DNA of 64,000 nucleotides, taken from contig DASRPD010000051.1 of NCBI GenBank assembly GCA_035646535.1, positions 12,189 to 76,188 of the forward strand, written 5' to 3'. The DNA is from Acidimicrobiia bacterium. GTDB lineage: Bacteria > Actinomycetota > Acidimicrobiia > IMCC26256 > JANYLB01. The notes under the pieces are model-generated. The model was not told the DNA's origin. It saw nothing but the letters and a program-made list of their open reading frames with translations, and did no database searches. Both the position numbers and the translations under genes were made by a program. How positions within the stretch are numbered: position 1 is the first letter of the stretch; each line of letters starts with the position of its first letter. Below, piece after piece: positions 1 to 8,525 of the stretch.

Positions 1-886
1 GCACCTCCCGCTGGCCGAAGAACCCGTAGGGTCGGACCAGCAAGACGATCACCATGATGATGTACGGCAGCGCGAGGTCGAAGCCGCTGCCCAGCCACGG
101 CGCGTACTCGGGTTGGTACCCGGAGGCAAGCGACTGGGAGATGCCGATCGCGAGCCCGCCGACGACTGCACCGACCGGAGAGTCGAGGCCGCCGAGGATG
201 ATCGCCGGGAACGCGGCGAGAGCCACGAGCTCGATGTCGAGGCGCACGCCGCCGCCACCACCGGCGAGCGTGACGCCCGCGAGCGCGGCGACAGCCCCGG
301 CGATGGCCCAGGAGACGCCGATGACGAGACCCGCGCCGATGCCCTGTGCGAGGGCCGCTTCCTGGTCCGAGGCGGTGGCGCGCATCGCGACGCCCATACG
401 TGAGAACTTGAAGTACAGGAAGAACACGATCAGGACCACGGCGACGATGCCGATCGTCCACAAGTCGGCGACTGCGACCGCGATGTCGCCCAGCCTGACC
501 GAGCGGACGCCCCAGGGGTCGCCGAGTGCCAACGGGGCCTGGCCCCACACCACCGGGACGAGCTGCTCGATCAGGATCAGCAGCCCGATCGTCACCATGA
601 TGATGACGAACGGAGGTCGCCCCAGGAGTCGACGCAGGATCAGCACCTCGACCAACGCGCCGACGATGGCACCCCCGACCATCGCGAGCACGACCGCGAC
701 GTAGAACGGCAGACCCCACGTCTGGTGGAAGTTGTAGGCCAGGTACGCGCCGACCATCACGAAGCCCCCCTGCGCGAAGTTGATGACGCTGGTGGCGCGG
801 TAGATCACGACGTACCCGAGCGCCACGAGCCCGTACTGCGCCCCGAGCGCAGCCCCCGCGAGGCACAGCTCCAAGAACTTGGTCAT
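1..886 (-). CDS. HAAT-family ABC transporter permease (LivH-type); 3' end runs off the window
   Basis: Not in the ORF track because there is no stop inside the window. Manual minus-strand translation from ATG 886 gives MTKFLELCLAGAALGAQYGLVALGYVVIYRATSVINFAQGGF...LLVRPYGFFGQREV, a multi-TM LivH-like protein. Its ATG overlaps the stop of the upstream ligase gene (TCATG at 883-887). Confidence 0.85.
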   Translation of the reverse strand, partial: MTKFLELCLAGAALGAQYGLVALGYVVIYRATSVINFAQGGFVMVGAYLAYNFHQTWGLPFYVAVVLAMVGGAIVGALVEVLILRRLLGRPPFVIIMVTIGLLILIEQLVPVVWGQAPLALGDPWGVRSVRLGDIAVAVADLWTIGIVAVVLIVFFLYFKFSRMGVAMRATASDQEAALAQGIGAGLVIGVSWAIAGAVAALAGVTLAGGGGGVRLDIELVALAAFPAIILGGLDSPVGAVVGGLAIGISQSLASGYQPEYAPWLGSGFDLALPYIIMVIVLLVRPYGFFGQREV

Positions 887-2676
887 GCGCGGTACATCTC
901 CTCGACGAGGTGGGCGTGCCGCCGCAGAGCCGCGGCGCGGCGGAGGCGCTGCGTATCGGTGAGCTCCTCGTAGGCCGCGAGCGGGCCGGGCAGCGCACGG
1001 AACTCCCGAACCCGGGCTTCGGGCGGCAGCGCTTCGTTCGCCACCGAGACGCACCGCTCCAGCTCGCCGTGCAGCGCGGGCAACTCGATCAGGTCGCGCA
1101 GCCCGGTGAAGATCGCCGAGTGCACGGCCGCCCAAGCGTTGAGGCCCGCAGGATCGAGCTCCAGCAGCGCGCCGATGCTCGGCCGGCCGTCGCCGCTGAC
1201 GATCGCCCGCCGCACGAGGGGCCCGTGCTCGAGCGCCTCGGCGACCGAAGTCGCGTCGACACGGGCACCGGAGGCAGTGACGATCAGATCCGCGGTCCGT
1301 CCCACAAGGTGCACGAGCGAGTCGTCGTCGACCCGCGCTCGATCGCCGGTGTGCAGCCAGCCCTCGGCGTCGAGGGCACCCGGCGCGATCTGCGGGCCGC
1401 GCGCGAGGAGCTCGTCATCGGCGTCGACGCGCACCTCGGTGGCGGCGGCGGGACGACCCACTGAGCTGGGCTGCACGTCGTCGGCAGGCTCCAGGGTGAG
1501 CAACCCGCTCGCCTCCGCGGTGCCGTAGCACTCCCGAATCACCACCCCGAGCGCTCCGAGCGCGTCGGCGGTCTCGTCGGCCAGGGATGCGAGCGCGCTG
1601 AGCGGCGCGCGGGTGCGGTCGAGCCCCAGCAGGGCGCGAGCGTGCCGGGTGCTGAGCCGTCCCGCGAGCAACCCGGGGCGCGCGCCATCCCGCAACGCCC
1701 CGAGGCGACGTTGGCCGCGGCGGAGGCCCACGTCGAGCACCTTCCGTTTCAACCAGCCGGCGCGCGAGCGCCGTTCCTCGGCACGCTCGGCGAGGCGCCC
1801 CCACAGGCTGGGGACTCCCAGCAGCACCGTGGGCCTCACTTCGCGCAGGTCGGTGAGCACACCGCGCGGTCCGTCGCCGACGTTGACGACCGCGCCCATG
1901 AGCGGGGCGACACCCGTCGAGAGCACGCGCTCGAGGACATGGCTGGGGGGCAGGTACGAGAGGATCTCGTCGTCACTCACGACGGGGACCCCGTCGGCCA
2001 GGGCACGGGCGGCAGCCATGAGGTTGGTATGGGTGAGCGTCACCGGCCGCGGCGCTCCCGAGCCGCCGACGGTCAGCGCGAGCAGTGCCGGTCCGTCGGG
2101 GGCGAGACGGCCCACCGACTCGCGCCACGAATCGATCGCGTCCGCGGCGCCGTCGAATCGCTCGACCAGCGTGACCAGCCGCGCCGGCGCCGCGGCGGTG
2201 ACCGGGATGCCGCGAGGGTCGACCACGAGCACCTCGCGCAGCCGCGGCACCGAGGGGCGCGCCTCGAGGATGGTCGCGAGCTGCTCGGCGTCCTCGACGA
2301 TCGCGATCTGCACGTCGGCGTCGGCCAGCAACGCGCCGAGCTCCGGTGCGGGCCGACCTGGGTGCAACGACACCACGACCGCGCCCATCCCCTGCAGACC
2401 GAGTGCGGCCGCCGTGGCCTCGATGCCGGGCCCGACGATCATCGCCACGCGGCTGCCGGGCTCGGCCCCGAGGTTCGCGAATCCGGCAGCGTACGCGCAG
2501 GCCCGCCCCTCGAGCTGGCCCCAGAGGGTCTCGGCCCAGACCCCGAGTTGCTTCTGCCGCCACGCGACACGATCGGGTGAGACGGCCGCACGCGCCACGA
2601 GCAGCTCGGGCAGCGAGGACGCCGCGGCCGGCCGGGCAGTGCGGGTCCCGCCGTGACCGGTCGCCACCACACTCAT
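883..2676 (-). CDS. AMP-dependent acyl-CoA synthetase/ligase (long-chain fatty-acid-CoA ligase-like)
   Basis: Distal 597 aa of ORF 883..3960. The real start is ATG 2676 (MSVVATGHGG...), which overlaps the stop of the LivG-type gene (ATGA). Adenylate-forming motifs: LTVGGSGAPRPVTLTH, ECYGTAEASG, GWLHTGDRA. Confidence 0.85.
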   Translation of the reverse strand: MSVVATGHGGTRTARPAAASSLPELLVARAAVSPDRVAWRQKQLGVWAETLWGQLEGRACAYAAGFANLGAEPGSRVAMIVGPGIEATAAALGLQGMGAVVVSLHPGRPAPELGALLADADVQIAIVEDAEQLATILEARPSVPRLREVLVVDPRGIPVTAAAPARLVTLVERFDGAADAIDSWRESVGRLAPDGPALLALTVGGSGAPRPVTLTHTNLMAAARALADGVPVVSDDEILSYLPPSHVLERVLSTGVAPLMGAVVNVGDGPRGVLTDLREVRPTVLLGVPSLWGRLAERAEERRSRAGWLKRKVLDVGLRRGQRRLGALRDGARPGLLAGRLSTRHARALLGLDRTRAPLSALASLADETADALGALGVVIRECYGTAEASGLLTLEPADDVQPSSVGRPAAATEVRVDADDELLARGPQIAPGALDAEGWLHTGDRARVDDDSLVHLVGRTADLIVTASGARVDATSVAEALEHGPLVRRAIVSGDGRPSIGALLELDPAGLNAWAAVHSAIFTGLRDLIELPALHGELERCVSVANEALPPEARVREFRALPGPLAAYEELTDTQRLRRAAALRRHAHLVEEMYRA

Positions 2677-3515
2677 GCCTGCCCGCCCTCCTGCATGGCA
2701 TCGCCGCCCAGGTACGCCGCGATCACCGCGGGGTCGGTCTGGATTTCCGCGGGCGGGCCGACGGCGGTCACCTCGCCGAAGTTGAGCGCGAGCACCCGGT
2801 CCGCGAGATCCATGATGAGGTGCATGTCGTGCTCGACGAGGATCATCGTCAGCCCCAGCTCGGCCCGCAGCCGCAGAATCGTGCGCGCCATCGACTCGGT
2901 CTCCTCGACGTTCATGCCCGCTACCGGCTCGTCGAGCAGCAGCAGCTTCGGGTCCATCGCGAGCGCACGACCGAGCTCGATGCGCTTCTGGACCCCGTAC
3001 GGGAGGGTTGCCACCGGTATCCCCCGGTACGCGCCGAGCATCAGCAGCTCGGCGATCTCCTCGCACGGACGCCGGTGCACCACCTCCTCCCGCTTGGCCC
3101 GCCCGACCCACGCCATCCCGGACAGGAAGCCGGTGCGCATCAGGTGGTGGCGACCCAGCATCAGGTTGTCGATCACGTCGAGGTTGGTGAACAGCGCAAG
3201 GTTCTGGAACGTGCGCGCGAGCCCGCGTGAGGCGATCGCCGACGGCCGACGGCCGACGAGCTCGACGCCATCGAGCGCGATCGAGCCGGACTGGGGTCGG
3301 TAGGCCCCGTTGAGGCAGTTGAAGATCGAGGTCTTGCCGGCACCGTTCGGGCCGATGATCGCGAACAGCTCGGCGGCAAAGACCTCGAAGTCGACCGCCG
3401 TGAGCGTGTTGATGCCCCCGAAGCGCAGGGTGAGGTCCGAGACCTCGAGCAACGGGACCGGCTCGACCTGGGAATCCGATCCGGACGTGGCGGCTCCTGC
3501 GCTCACGGCATCCAC
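2673..3515 (-). CDS. ABC transporter ATP-binding protein, LivG-type
   Basis: ORF 2673..3515. Walker A IIGPNGAGKTS, signature YGVQKRIELGRAL, Walker B LLLLDEPVAGM, and LivG-like N-terminus LEVSDLTLRFGGI. Confidence 0.9.
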   Translation of the reverse strand: MDAVSAGAATSGSDSQVEPVPLLEVSDLTLRFGGINTLTAVDFEVFAAELFAIIGPNGAGKTSIFNCLNGAYRPQSGSIALDGVELVGRRPSAIASRGLARTFQNLALFTNLDVIDNLMLGRHHLMRTGFLSGMAWVGRAKREEVVHRRPCEEIAELLMLGAYRGIPVATLPYGVQKRIELGRALAMDPKLLLLDEPVAGMNVEETESMARTILRLRAELGLTMILVEHDMHLIMDLADRVLALNFGEVTAVGPPAEIQTDPAVIAAYLGGDAMQEGGQA

Positions 3516-4315
3516 GGCCGGACGCGAGACGACGGCGCCAGTGTCGTGAAGGAGTGGCGGCCCTGTTCGCTCGCTCCGAGGTAGAGGCGGCGAATCTCGG
3601 GGTCGTCGAGCAGGTCCGATCCGGGTCCCTCGCGCACGACCCGGCCCGTCTCCAGCACGTAGGCGTGGTGCGCGATCGAGAGCGCCATCGACGCGTTCTG
3701 TTCGACGAGTAGGACGCTGGTGCCGGTCCTGTTGATCGTCGCGATGATGTCGCGGATCCGGTGGACGATCCTCGGTGCCAGCCCGAGCGAGGGCTCGTCG
3801 AGCAACAGCAGCCGCGGAGCGGCCATGAGCGCTCGTGCGATGGCGAGCATCTGTTGCTCACCGCCCGACAGGTAACCGGCTTGGCTTCGTCGTCGCTCGC
3901 CCAACACGGGGAAGAGCTCGAGGACGTGCTCGTAGGTCGCCCGGATCCCGGCGCGGTCACGCCGGGTGTACGCGCCGGCGCGCAGGTTCTCCTCCACGGT
4001 GAGCTCGCCGAAGATCCGCCGGCCCTCCATCACCTGAGCGAGCCCCCGACGCACGACCGAAGCGGGGTTGGCCCGCTCGATGCGTGCACCTTCGAACTGG
4101 ATCATCCCCGACGTGACCGACCCCTGATGCGCGCCGAGCAGGCCCGAGCAGGCGCGCAGCAAGGTCGTCTTGCCCGCGCCGTTCGCGCCCAGCATGGCGA
4201 CGATCGAGCCCGTCGGGACCTCGAGGCTGACGCCTTGCAGGACATGGATCGCCTCGCCGTAGACGACGTCGATGTCGTGCACGCGCAGGATCGGTCCCTC
4301 AGCATCGCTCGACAT
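3503..4315 (-). CDS. ABC transporter ATP-binding protein, LivF-type
   Basis: ORF 3503..4315. Walker A LGANGAGKTT, signature LSGGEQQMLAIARAL, Walker B LLLLDEPSLGL, and LivF-like LVEQNASMAL...YVLETGRVV...LYLG. Confidence 0.9.
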   Translation of the reverse strand: MSSDAEGPILRVHDIDVVYGEAIHVLQGVSLEVPTGSIVAMLGANGAGKTTLLRACSGLLGAHQGSVTSGMIQFEGARIERANPASVVRRGLAQVMEGRRIFGELTVEENLRAGAYTRRDRAGIRATYEHVLELFPVLGERRRSQAGYLSGGEQQMLAIARALMAAPRLLLLDEPSLGLAPRIVHRIRDIIATINRTGTSVLLVEQNASMALSIAHHAYVLETGRVVREGPGSDLLDDPEIRRLYLGASEQGRHSFTTLAPSSRVRPWMP

Positions 4316-4425
4316 CGGTTCGGAACCCTACGGCGGACTTCTACCCTCATCAAGGGACCGGGGCGAGCCGGACGGTCATGGGGATCGTCGCGTGATTCGA
4401 CCGCAAACCGCCGAGGCCAACCGTG

Positions 4426-4443
4426 CCGTGGCGGCCGCCACGG
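4426..4443. terminator. Perfect 18-bp palindrome CCGTGGCGGCCGCCACGG (hairpin)
   Basis: Read directly. It is self-complementary over 18 nt, lies 2 nt past the stop of the DinB-like remnant on the minus strand and about 110 nt upstream of the LivF-type start. No U-tract follows. Confidence 0.35.
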
Positions 4444-4444
4444 T

Positions 4445-4669
4445 TCAGAGGTGGCGGCCGAGCGCCAGCAGTAGGCGAGTCCCGGAGTCGGCGTCGGCAG
4501 GGATCGCGAGGTCGTCGCCGAGCATGCCGCTGGCGCGCAACAGGTCGAGCTGTGGTTCGAGGACCCGCCGACAGCCGTCGATCAGCTCGGGAGCGAGGGT
4601 GGTGTCTTGTCCGGTCGCGGTAGCGATGTCCCAACCGTGGATGAGGACGTCGACAAAGCGATGCCCGCG
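4445..4669 (-). pseudogene. C-terminal remnant of a DinB/TIGR03086-type (mycothiol-dependent isomerase-like) protein
   Basis: Manual minus-strand translation between in-frame stops gives RGHRFVDVLIHGWDIATATGQDTTLAPELIDGCRRVLEPQLDLLRASGMLGDDLAIPADADSGTRLLLALGRHL*. This is the typical HGWD(L/I)A.ATGQ C-terminal half of the family. There is no start codon and the N-terminal half is absent. Confidence 0.6.
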
Positions 4670-4930
4670 TCAACCGCCCCCGGAACGGGTCCGTAGCTCA
4701 CCGCACAGGGCGCAGCAAGCGCGCCGGGTGCTTCGAAGGCGCGCGCTCCCGAAGGACGTCAGCAGGAGGAAGAAGATTCCGACCGCGGCGAGAAGACCGA
4801 CTCCCAGGAGCCGACGGTCCGACTCCTGGCGCTCCTCGTATTCGCCGGACACCTCCGCGAAGTAACCGGTGGGCAACTTCATCTCCTCGAGGCCCTTCTC
4901 GATGTCGCCGGCCTGCACAGGGTTGACCAC
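4670..4930 (-). pseudogene. Short remnant of an RND/MMPL-type efflux permease
   Basis: ORF 4670..4930. The segment AGDIEKGLEEMKLPTGYFAEVSGEYEERQESDRRLLGVGLLAAVGIFFLLLTSFGS matches the LP.GY...G.fE...(TM)...FLLL..F.S block that precedes a late TM helix of ~1000-aa RND pumps. Similarity is lost after about 60 aa. The remnant is in the same frame as the DinB-like remnant, separated from it by one TGA. Confidence 0.5.
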
Positions 4931-4952
4931 TCACGTTGGTACGGTCGACCGG

Positions 4953-6347
4953 ATGACATCCATGCCCCGCCGTGACTTCCTCCGGGCCGGGGCGCTGGGG
5001 TCCGTCGCGGCACTTGCCACCGGCGCGAGGTGGGCAAGGGGCTCACTCCCGATGGCGTCGGCGACGACCGTGTCGGAACCGGTCGGGTTCGTGCGCACGA
5101 ACTGGTCGCGTGATCCGTTCTCGTTCGGGAGCTACTCGTATCTGGGCGTCGGCGCGACGCCGAAGGATCGGGCGCGGCTCGCCCGGCCGGTGATGGGCAC
5201 CCTGCACTTCGCGGGGGAGGCCACGAACACCTCGTTCCCGTCCACGGTGAACGGCGCATACCTCGAGGGTCAAGCCGCGGCAAGAAGGATCGATCGCGGC
5301 GCGCCGGCCGGCGCGCCCCTCGACGTCGTCATCGTCGGTGCGGGGATGGCCGGCCTCATCGCGGGCCGTGACCTAAAGGCCGCCGGCCATCGCGTCGTGG
5401 TCGTCGAAGCCCGTGGCCGGGTCGGTGGTCGCATCGTGACCGACCGGTCGCTCGGCGTCCCGCTCGACCTCGGGGCCTCGTGGATCCACGGGGTGCGCAA
5501 GAACCCCGTCAAGGAGCTGGCCGATCAGCTCGGTGTGGCCACGGTCGCCACCGACTACGACGACGCGGTCTGGTACGACGAAACGGGACGTCGCGTGAAG
5601 GCCAAGCTCGCCGCCGACGTCGACGGGCTGTACGAGAAGGTCGTCGCTCGGGCGAGCCGCTGGGGCGAATCCCGCGAGCGGGACACGTCACTGCGAGCGG
5701 GCGTCGACGTCGCGATGCGAGCGCTCGACCCGGGGCCGCGCCGGCGGGCGCTGCTGCGTAACGAGCTCACGACGAGAATCGAGCACGAGTACGCCGCGGA
5801 TCTCTCCGAGCTGTCGCTGTGGTACTGGGACGCCGATCAGAGCCCGCTCGGCGGCGACCACATGATCGAGGGTGGCTATGACCAGCTTCCCGACGCACTC
5901 GCCCCCTCGCTCGACGTGCGCACGGGCCACGTCGTCGATCGCATCGAGTACTCCCGTGATCAGGTGACCGTCCGTACCGACCGCGGCTCGTTCACCGGAC
6001 AACGAGCAGTGGTCACCTTGCCGATCGGCGTACTGCAAGCCGGAACCGTCACGTTCGCGCCCGAGCTGCCGACCGGGCATCGCCACGCGATCTCGGTGAT
6101 CGGCATGGGCGTGCTCGACAAGCTGTACCTGCGCTTTGCCGCCCCGTTCTGGGACGACGTGTTCCTGATCGACATCGCCAACACGGATCGGCGCGGGTTC
6201 CCCGAGTGGTTCGACGTGACGGCCGTGGTCGGCGCGCCGGTCCTCGCGGGTTTCACCGCGTCAAGCGGCGCGCGCGAGCGATCGACGTGGACCGATACAC
6301 GTCTCGTCGCCGACGCCATGGGGGTGCTCGACCGCGTCTACGGCTGA
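4953..6347 (+). CDS. Tat-signal flavin-containing amine oxidase (polyamine/monoamine oxidase family), domain order permuted
   Basis: ORF 4869..6347; start taken at ATG 4953. Twin-arginine signal MTSMPRRDFLRAGALGSVAALATG...MASA. FAD motif VVIVGAGMAGLIAGRDLKAAGHRVVVVEARGRVGGR at about residue 125. The family's C-terminal block (W.RDPF..GSYSY...FAGEAT) sits at residues ~45-110. Confidence 0.8.
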   Translation: MTSMPRRDFLRAGALGSVAALATGARWARGSLPMASATTVSEPVGFVRTNWSRDPFSFGSYSYLGVGATPKDRARLARPVMGTLHFAGEATNTSFPSTVNGAYLEGQAAARRIDRGAPAGAPLDVVIVGAGMAGLIAGRDLKAAGHRVVVVEARGRVGGRIVTDRSLGVPLDLGASWIHGVRKNPVKELADQLGVATVATDYDDAVWYDETGRRVKAKLAADVDGLYEKVVARASRWGESRERDTSLRAGVDVAMRALDPGPRRRALLRNELTTRIEHEYAADLSELSLWYWDADQSPLGGDHMIEGGYDQLPDALAPSLDVRTGHVVDRIEYSRDQVTVRTDRGSFTGQRAVVTLPIGVLQAGTVTFAPELPTGHRHAISVIGMGVLDKLYLRFAAPFWDDVFLIDIANTDRRGFPEWFDVTAVVGAPVLAGFTASSGARERSTWTDTRLVADAMGVLDRVYG

Positions 6348-7422
6348 CCCTGTACCGCGAGGAGCTCCCACTCGTCGGGGACGCCCTTGAGACTGCGTGT
6401 CCCCCGAGACTTGAACGCGATCCCCGACCCGGCGACGAGATCCTTCACCGTGCGGCTCACGAGCACCTCGCCCGGGCCGGCAACGGCGCCGACGCGCGCC
6501 GCGATGTGCACGGCGATGCCTCCGATGTCGTCACCCATGACCTCGATCTCGCCGCAATGCAGCCCGATCCGTACCGGGACGTCCACCGTGGCGGTCGCCT
6601 GATGGATCGCGGTCGCACAGCGGATGGCTCGCGCCGGGCCGTCGAAACTGGCGAGAAAGCCGTCGCCGAGCGTCTTCACCTCGGTGCCGCCGAACCGCTC
6701 GAGCTGGGTTCGGACCGCGCGGTGATGCCGATCGAGCACCTCGTGCCATCTCGCGTCGCCGATCTCGGCGGCGCGCTCGGTCGAGCCCGCGATGTCGGTG
6801 AAGAGCACCGTCGCCAGTCGCCGATCGGGCTCCACCGCGCGCCGGGTACCGGTGAGGAACTCCTCGATCTCGTCGACGATCTCGTCGGCGCGCTCGTACC
6901 ACGGGACGTGATCGATGCCCGGCACCTCGACGTAGACCGCACCCGGGATGTGCTCCGCGAGGTAGCGGCCCGGTTGAAGTCCTCGGCGGTCACCAGCCAC
7001 GGATGATCGTCGGCGTAGGTCGAACGCGCCATCGAGCCGTAGAGCACGAGCGCCTCGGTGCGCTCGGGACGGGACGCGGCGAAGAGCATGGTTGCCGGTC
7101 CACCCTCGGAGGAGCCCAGCAGTGCCGCGCGCTCCGAGCCGGCGGCGTCCATGACGGCGGCGAGGTCGGTCATGCGCGTGTCCATGTCCGGCGCGCTCGT
7201 GACCGTGATCGGATCGGAGAGGCCGGTGCCTCTCCGGTCGAACGCGATGACCCGCGCGAACGACCCGAGCCGCTCGAGGTAGCGAGCCGCCGCGGGTTCG
7301 CTCCAGGTCAACTCGACGTGCGAGATGAAACCCGGCGCGACCACGAGGTCCAGATCGCCCGCTCCCCAGACCTGGTAGGCGAGGTGGACGTCTTCGTTGC
7401 GCGCGTACTGCGTCTCGGGCAT
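6338..7422 (-). pseudogene. Alpha/beta-hydrolase + class III adenylate/guanylate cyclase fusion gene, disrupted (frame change and apparent internal deletion near 6965-7000)
   Basis: Two overlapping ORFs in different frames. ORF 6676..7476 (start ATG 7422) carries the hydrolase part: MPETQYARNEDVHLAYQVWG...FDRRGTGLSD...LLGSSEGG...YADDHPW, then nonsense R/S-rich sequence. ORF 6338..7000 carries GRYLAEHIPGAVYVEVPGIDH...EIEEFLTG followed by the cyclase domain LATVLFTDIAGST...KTLGDGF...GLHCGE. Confidence 0.7.
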
Positions 7423-7496
7423 CACCACCGAGAGGCTATGCAGCTTCCGCCGTCCTCGACGGCGACCTGCCGGCACGTGACCGTAGGATCCCCGTC

Positions 7497-8510
7497 ATGG
7501 CCCGACTGCGGTGGATCGGATGGGTGGCGGCGGCCGTGCTCTTCGTGAGCGCGTGCTCCGGCGGGAGCAACGGAGGAGACGACTCGTCCGCTGACAAGTC
7601 ATCGACGAATGAGACGGTGAGCTTCGTCAGCCAGAACATCCTGCACGGCATCGCGTGTGCTGCCGAGACCGACAGGTGTGAGCTCCCGAACCGTGTCGAG
7701 CTGTTCCTCGACCAGCTCGCAGCCGCGGACTGTCCCGATCTCGTGAGCCTGCAGGAGGCCAACCAACAGGTCGCCGACCTGGTCTCCGACCAGTTGGCCG
7801 AAGTCTGCGACGGCGCCTACCACCTCGAGTACGACCATGACACGGGCATCGACCGCGAGCTCGTCCTCACCACCGGTGAGGTCCTCGGCACGCGCCGGGA
7901 ACGGCTCGTAGGCCCGCTGCGCAGTGTCTACGTCGTGCGTGTCGCGACCGACGCCGGTGTCGTCAACTTCGTGACGACGCACCTCGCGAGCAGCAGCGAC
8001 AACGGACCGTGCGACGCCGAGACCTGTCCCCCGCCGTGTTCGGTCGACGACACCCTGAACAGCTGCCAGGCCCGCGAGATCCTCGAGCTGGTCGACGAGA
8101 TCGCCGATCCGAACGTGATCGTCGTGGTCGGTGGCGATCTGAACGCCACGATCGACGAGCCCACCAATGTCGCGTTCGCCGACCAGGGCTACGTCGACAC
8201 CCACATCGCCGCCGGCAACGCCGAATGCGACCCGGCGACCGGTACCGAGTGCACCTCGGGCCGCGCCGACGAGGACCTCTCGGACCTCACCGACCCGACC
8301 AGCCTTCAGACCGAGCGGATCGACGACATCACCCTCACCGACCCGACCCACGCGGACGTGACCTATTCGCTGCTGCTCGAAGGCGCGGCCGTGCTCGATC
8401 ATCTCGACGGTTCCGCGGTGCTCGTGGACGGTCGCTGGCTCGTGACACGCGAGGCCTACTGCGATGTCAACGCGCAGGGCGACGAGATCCCCGAACCCTG
8501 CGAGAGCTGA
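7497..8510 (+). CDS. Lipoprotein, endonuclease/exonuclease/phosphatase (EEP) family
   Basis: ORF 7497..8510. Signal peptide with lipobox LFVSAC. EEP-like blocks: VSFVSQNILHG, LVSLQEAN, VTTHLAS, VVVGGDLNAT. Confidence 0.7.
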   Translation: MARLRWIGWVAAAVLFVSACSGGSNGGDDSSADKSSTNETVSFVSQNILHGIACAAETDRCELPNRVELFLDQLAAADCPDLVSLQEANQQVADLVSDQLAEVCDGAYHLEYDHDTGIDRELVLTTGEVLGTRRERLVGPLRSVYVVRVATDAGVVNFVTTHLASSSDNGPCDAETCPPPCSVDDTLNSCQAREILELVDEIADPNVIVVVGGDLNATIDEPTNVAFADQGYVDTHIAAGNAECDPATGTECTSGRADEDLSDLTDPTSLQTERIDDITLTDPTHADVTYSLLLEGAAVLDHLDGSAVLVDGRWLVTREAYCDVNAQGDEIPEPCES

Positions 8511-8525
8511 GGCCGAGGAAACCCA

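Noticed and set aside
883-3960. 1025-aa ORF that appears to be one giant gene
   Set aside because: Only the distal 597 aa (from ATG 2676) look like a protein, an acyl-CoA ligase. The upstream 428 aa are Arg/Pro/Ser-rich out-of-frame read-through across the LivG/LivF-type genes, which occupy the true frames.
4316-4950. Mobile-element scar or IS remnant explaining the gene fragments
   Set aside because: There is no transposase-like ORF, no terminal inverted repeats and no target-site duplication. Only one palindrome is present, and it looks like a terminator.
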